Of a stretch of 64,000 nt of DNA, positions 57,585 to 64,000 are shown piece after piece. A program made the translations under genes and the position numbers. The stretch's first letter is position 1. Each line of letters begins with the position of its first letter. The stretch is from NCBI RefSeq assembly GCF_009914755.1, contig NC_060931.1. One strand, given 5' to 3'. Source of the stretch: the human T2T-CHM13v2.0 reference genome, Homo sapiens. Under the pieces are notes generated by a model. That model did not search any database. It saw only the letters and a list, made by a program, of their open reading frames with translations, and was not told the origin of the DNA.

Positions 57585-57765
57585 TAACATATTTTTGAGT
57601 GGCTGCAAAGTTCTAGGAACAATGCCAGATACTTTTTACATAAATCATCTCCTTTAGTCTTGGCACAAGACTAGGATGGTGGATTTGATGATCCCCACTT
57701 TTCAAGTGAGGCTCAGGTGAAGCACCTAAAGTCTCATCGCTGGTGGGTAGGAGAGCCAGGATTTT
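57585..57765 (-). mobile_element. MIR
   Basis: ATCCCCACTTTTCAAGTGAGGCTCAGG...GGAGAGCCAGGATT. Confidence 0.6.
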
Positions 57766-57879
57766 TTTTCTTTCTCTGCCTCCCTTTGAAGGGTCACTCT
57801 CCTGTTATTCTTTCTAGACATTATTAGCCTTCACACTAATGAAGACTGGCTACTTGACCCAATCCATTCTCTCTTCGAA

Positions 57880-58680
57880 TGCCAGCTGGATTGGAATTGA
57901 GGTTTTCGGGAAGACGTGGCACAGCAGAACTTGTGTTTCAGACAATGGTCTTTAAATAAAGATGAGCTGGGCTTGGCGCCACACCTACGCCCGGCCTTCC
58001 CCAGCCAAAGCAGAAAGAGGGTTGCGCAACTCTTCAAGCAGTGCAGGGCTTCAGAACAGCTGGTTCTGCTTCCTCACCTTGCAAACAATCACCAAGAGTT
58101 ACAGGAATCTCACCAGGGGCGTTCGCTTCTCTTGCCTCTTCAGCCTCACTATATCCCTGAGCAGTTGGTTGTGCTTCCAATTGCCCTTCTTCATGCAGAG
58201 CTGCGGGAAGCCTGGACAAGTGACGTGACTGTCCGGGCTCCAACAGTCTTGGAAATGGTCTTTGAGTTTTGGTTTCCAAGCACCCAGGTGTTTTAACATC
58301 TAACGCTTTCTCCTGTGGGATTTCAGCCGGGATGGAACTTCTCTGGCTAAGTATGAGTTAAGTGAACCCAGCTGTTTTGGAGATTGGGTCACTGAATTGT
58401 TCTTTCTGGCCCCTTCTGCCTATTGCTTTGCTTTGGAACAGAAATTCCACTGCATCTGCCTGTGGAGAACTCAGCTGGTGTCAGCAGCATCTTCTTGGAT
58501 CCATCAGCACTCGCTGACAAACAAGGAAACTGGATCCATGTTGGACACACACTCTTCTCAGTTATGTACTTTGTCTCTCTGTAATCCCTCTGGTATTGAC
58601 AAATAGAGCTCCAGGACGCGGCGGCTGTGACAGCACCCGCAGACAGCATGTATTAGCATCCGCATTATCGTCTTGGCCCT
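57880..58680. promoter_or_regulatory. CpG-retaining candidate enhancer or alternative promoter
   Basis: Palindromic C/EBP site GTTGCGCAAC 58021-58030; TGACGTGA 58221-58228; more CpGs than the flanks. Confidence 0.45.
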
Positions 58681-58704
58681 GACAGCCTGGGCACTGGAGA
58701 GAGG

Positions 58705-60440
<1,736 letters not shown>

Positions 60441-60524
60441 TTTTACAGAGGAGGAAGTTAACTAAGCTGAGTCGTTAAGAGTAGGAGTAACTGACATTTT
60501 TGGTCCCCTTCCTCTCTGCCTGAA

Positions 60525-60700
60525 AAACTGTTAAGCACTTTACATGTTTTTAACCTTTATAGAAACTCTGTGAAGTGAGAACTCTCATTAGTCCCACTTT
60601 CAGATGAGGAAACTGAGGCTTGCAGGAGTCAAGTAACTTGACCAGTGTCACATTGTGGAAGTGGGAGAGCTGGGATTTGAACTTACACTTCAAACTCTTA
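60525..60700 (-). mobile_element. MIR
   Basis: CCCACTTTCAGATGAGGAAACTGAGGCT...AAGTAACTTG...GGGATTTGAAC. Confidence 0.85.
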
Positions 60701-62717
60701 ACCCCCAAGTGTGCCTTGCTATCTGATTATTGAGGGGATGGGGTGGTGGGGAGTGGGGAGGAGAAGTAACTTTTTAAAAAATACTGGAAATGTAACCTTT
60801 CAAAATAAATTTTTTATTATTATTTTCTTGGCCTGAGTTAAATAACTAGTTTGAAATAGAGATGAATAAATTATATTTTCAAAAAGAAAAAAGAATAACT
60901 CTATGGGTTAAAAGTGAAGTTCATTCAAAATGTCCTATCTTAAAATAGATGCGAATTTCAGAAATGCAACATGATGTTGATCTTAATCCTCTTATTTACA
61001 TGTTCTCATACACAGAGTACTGTATAACGTGAGTCTGCCTGTGTGTACATGCATGTAACTGTCACCCAGGGACTCAAACAAATGTAACCTTGATTCAAGC
61101 TTGAGGGAAAGAATGGCTGTCATTTCGACTTTTTAAAAATTATCTGTTTATTTCCCTTTCTCTGTCGATAACTCCTAGTTGTAATGCTGAAATCTTATAA
61201 ATACGGCACAGTTAACTTGCAAAAGGAGCTTAGTGTTCTCGGGGCAGTCCAAGTTGAACAACACATAATTTGGCACAATTTGGCGGGCCTGAGTTGAAGA
61301 CCAATACAAGACTGAGAAAGCATAGAGGCTTTATTATTTCTAAGTGAGTTCACGTAGTGTACACGGGTTGAGCTGATCAGAACTCCCACCCAACCCTCCC
61401 TCTGCCCCATCCAAGGCGTTTATTCCTTATGCTTTCATAAGTGTCGCATTCACAGCACAACGTTTCTCTTTCCCAAATAGGCATGTTGTTGTTTCAAATT
61501 AACATCTGTGCTTACTGCAGAATAGTGAATGCCATCTTCTTTTGCCCCGCTGACCCTGATGGTGTCACTGAGGCTTTCAAAGCAGAGTGACCAGGCACAG
61601 CTATAGTTTTCTGCAGTATCAGGAAAGGGGTGGAGGAGGGGAGGGCTTCACTGTCTAGTCCTAGTGCTCAAAATGACACTGACACACAGAAGAAAAGGAT
61701 ATATATGTAGAATTGCTTGAATTCTGGAGAAAAAGACAAAAGAAAACTGAGATGTGTCAAGTATCTATGTACCAGTCACTATATTGTATAACTTGGTGGC
61801 CATATACTCAGTTCCAGATTTTGCCTAGCATAATTATAATATAATTCCCTTTCATTTTCAGAAATATCCTGGTTTGGATAATAAATTATATTGTCACCCT
61901 ATGTACACTCTGAACAAGGACTCTTTAGGCAAAATCTTATTATTTCCATTATTTCTGGAAGCTGGGTCTCTGAGAGGTTAACTACCTCAAAGCCACACAA
62001 CAAGAATCTGGCAACAAAGATTTTTCTTTTGCTTCATCATGGTACTTCCCAAAGAGTGTTTAATCTATACCAAAAGAATAGTACTCATCTAATAATAGGA
62101 CAAAGTAATTTATTTTCAAAGCTATTTGCAAGGAAAGCATGTTCCTTCAGTGTTTCCCAACAGGGGGGAGCTGGATTTGTCCTGCGTTTCCAGACACTGT
62201 CTCTCACTTTGTCCCCTTGTGAGACTAGGGGTGAAATACGGAGAAACAGATGAAGAACTGGTGGTCACAATGGAGGCTGTGATATGAGCTCATGGATTTC
62301 AAGAAAAGTAACAGAGCTATAATAGAATCAGACACAGAACTCCTCCTGGATATTATAATTATAAAGTTGGTGACTGAGCCAACCTACATGCCAGAGCCAA
62401 GGATGCTAGTAGCATTTATAGTGTCATGCTTTTGCACTACGTTCTGTCAGAAAGTAATAAAGTGCTTTATCCAGTGCGTGTTTGATATTAGCCAATCACA
62501 GATGACTAAGATTCTTTCAGGCATTTTGAGTAAACTTACACTACGGGAAATACGATGGATAATAAATAGCCTGATACAGTGGGTCTGAAAACCTTGATTC
62601 CACCTCTGCATTTCACATTTACTAGACATGTAACGTTGCTCAAAGAATAGACCTTTCTCGGATTCTGTTTCCTCATCTTAAAAAAAGAAAAAAATCTGAC
62701 ATTAGATTATAAGGGGT

Positions 62718-62898
62718 CCCTACTAGTTTTTGTGAATAAAGGTTTACTAGAACACAGCCATCCCATTTGTTTACATATTGTCTGTGCCAGTTTTTGAGCT
62801 ACAATATGAGCTGAGTAGTTGCAACAGAGACTTCATAACCCACCAAGCATGAAACATTTACATAAGGCCTTTTACAGAACAATTCAGCTGACCACTGG
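62718..62898. mobile_element. MER58A fragment
   Basis: TTTTGTGAATAAAGGTTTACTAGAACACAGCCA...GAGTAGTTGCAACAGAGAC. Confidence 0.85.
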
Positions 62899-63063
62899 AT
62901 TAAGTGATCACTGAGGACACCGTCACACTTTGTATGTGTCTAACTCCAGGAAAGGAGAGTGAGAAAGGGAAGAAGGTGTGGTCAGAGTTATAAATCTGAA
63001 TAAAATACCCAGAGCCCACCTTGCAAGCAATCCGCAAGTCGATCGTCCTAACAGTGAAAGATG

Positions 63064-63082
63064 CAGCACCCTCTACTGGCCA
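63064..63082 (-). promoter_or_regulatory. Candidate CTCF site
   Basis: Minus strand TGGCCAGTAGAGGGTGCTG, near-consensus (one core C>T, at a CpG). Confidence 0.55.
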
Positions 63083-64000
63083 GGAGGACTTTTTGCATGT
63101 AATATGGGCTGCAGGATACAGAGAAAGGTAAAAGCTTTGTGCAGGTGTGTCAGATCGTTAAGACTCGTGTTCAATATGATGGCCACTGCAAAGCAGCAGG
63201 GAAGTTTCTGTTTGCCCCTGATGACTTTGAATTCATAAAGCACATGCTTTAAGTAGAGAAACGTGGGGAACTTGGGTCCTCCAGCTAGAGTGTAAAGCTT
63301 CTTGGGAGAGAAGTAAGACTGAGAGGACAGGGAAAGCATGCTGAAAAGGACTTAATCATGGCGAGTGAAGCCAAAGCTAATAAACAGTGCTGGATGGGTT
63401 CTCATGGCCTCAGACAGTGGGTGAGGATGGTTATTGTTGCAATTGCAGTAAATCATACTAATCCCAATGCCAAAAGCCACTTTGAATGATGAAGTGAAGC
63501 AGCCTGCGATGGCGACCAGGAGGCTCTGTGTTGCTGCCCCAGCCGGGTGGGGCTGCTGTCAGCCCTCGCAGGCGAGCTCTGGATCCTGTCTTAGGGGCCC
63601 AACTCTGCCTTCAGAGGAGACTTGCAGAACTGGCAGATTTCAGTTTGGTTTGGAGTTTTGTTGTGTGTGTCTTGGCAGGAGGCGACCCTCCTCCATCCAC
63701 AGAGCGCCCCGGATTAATGGCTAAAGTAACACCTACTGGCGGGACCAACCCAGGCTCAGAGCAGGCTTTCCGCTGTTGATTCACGACTCCTCTTGACTCA
63801 CAGCCTCATTCCGTTTTGTTGGCTGTTTGAGGCTCCTGCCCTAACGTCCAAACTTCGTGATATGAAAAACACCCTGAAGAGTAGGTGTGCTTTCCTTCCC
63901 AGCATGGAGCACGTGCTCTGTGGTGGGGAAACCTTGTGGGGAAACAAGAGGACAAGTTGTTTTGCACAGTAGTGAATCTCAGGGCAAAAAATAAAATTAG

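Noticed and set aside
57831-58299. Overlapping ORFs on both strands in a GC-richer block
   Set aside because: No recognisable protein similarity or convincing exon boundaries; explained by base composition
58629-58650. REST/RE1-like CAGCACC-CGC-AGACAG
   Set aside because: The spacer is 3 nt instead of 2 and the right half-site deviates from GGACAG

Overview
This is primate (human-like) nuclear DNA, intergenic or deep-intronic. It is CpG-depleted and about half of it is recognisable interspersed repeat: Alu/FLAM, L1, L2, MIR, L3/CR1, MaLR and ERV LTRs, and hAT/mariner MITEs, many with readable target-site duplications (TSDs). I cannot support any protein-coding gene, rRNA, tRNA or CRISPR array. 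The ORF track is explained by repeats or chance, and I could not identify the locus. I found no evidence of a new multi-gene system. The strongest oddities are: (1) an ERVL-type solo LTR (8700-9270) carrying an antisense, decayed piece of apolipoprotein A-IV coding sequence, i.e. a host-gene capture; (2) a 105-bp non-repeat segment copied in inverted orientation 1.3 kb away into the middle of an L2 (58705-58809 vs 60115-60219); (3) several repeat-free blocks with dense FOX, nuclear-receptor, C/EBP, AP-1 and CTCF motifs, plus an LTR12 promoter facing a candidate non-coding exon. Repeat family names come from my memory of consensus sequences. Boundaries of old repeats are approximate unless a TSD is quoted.
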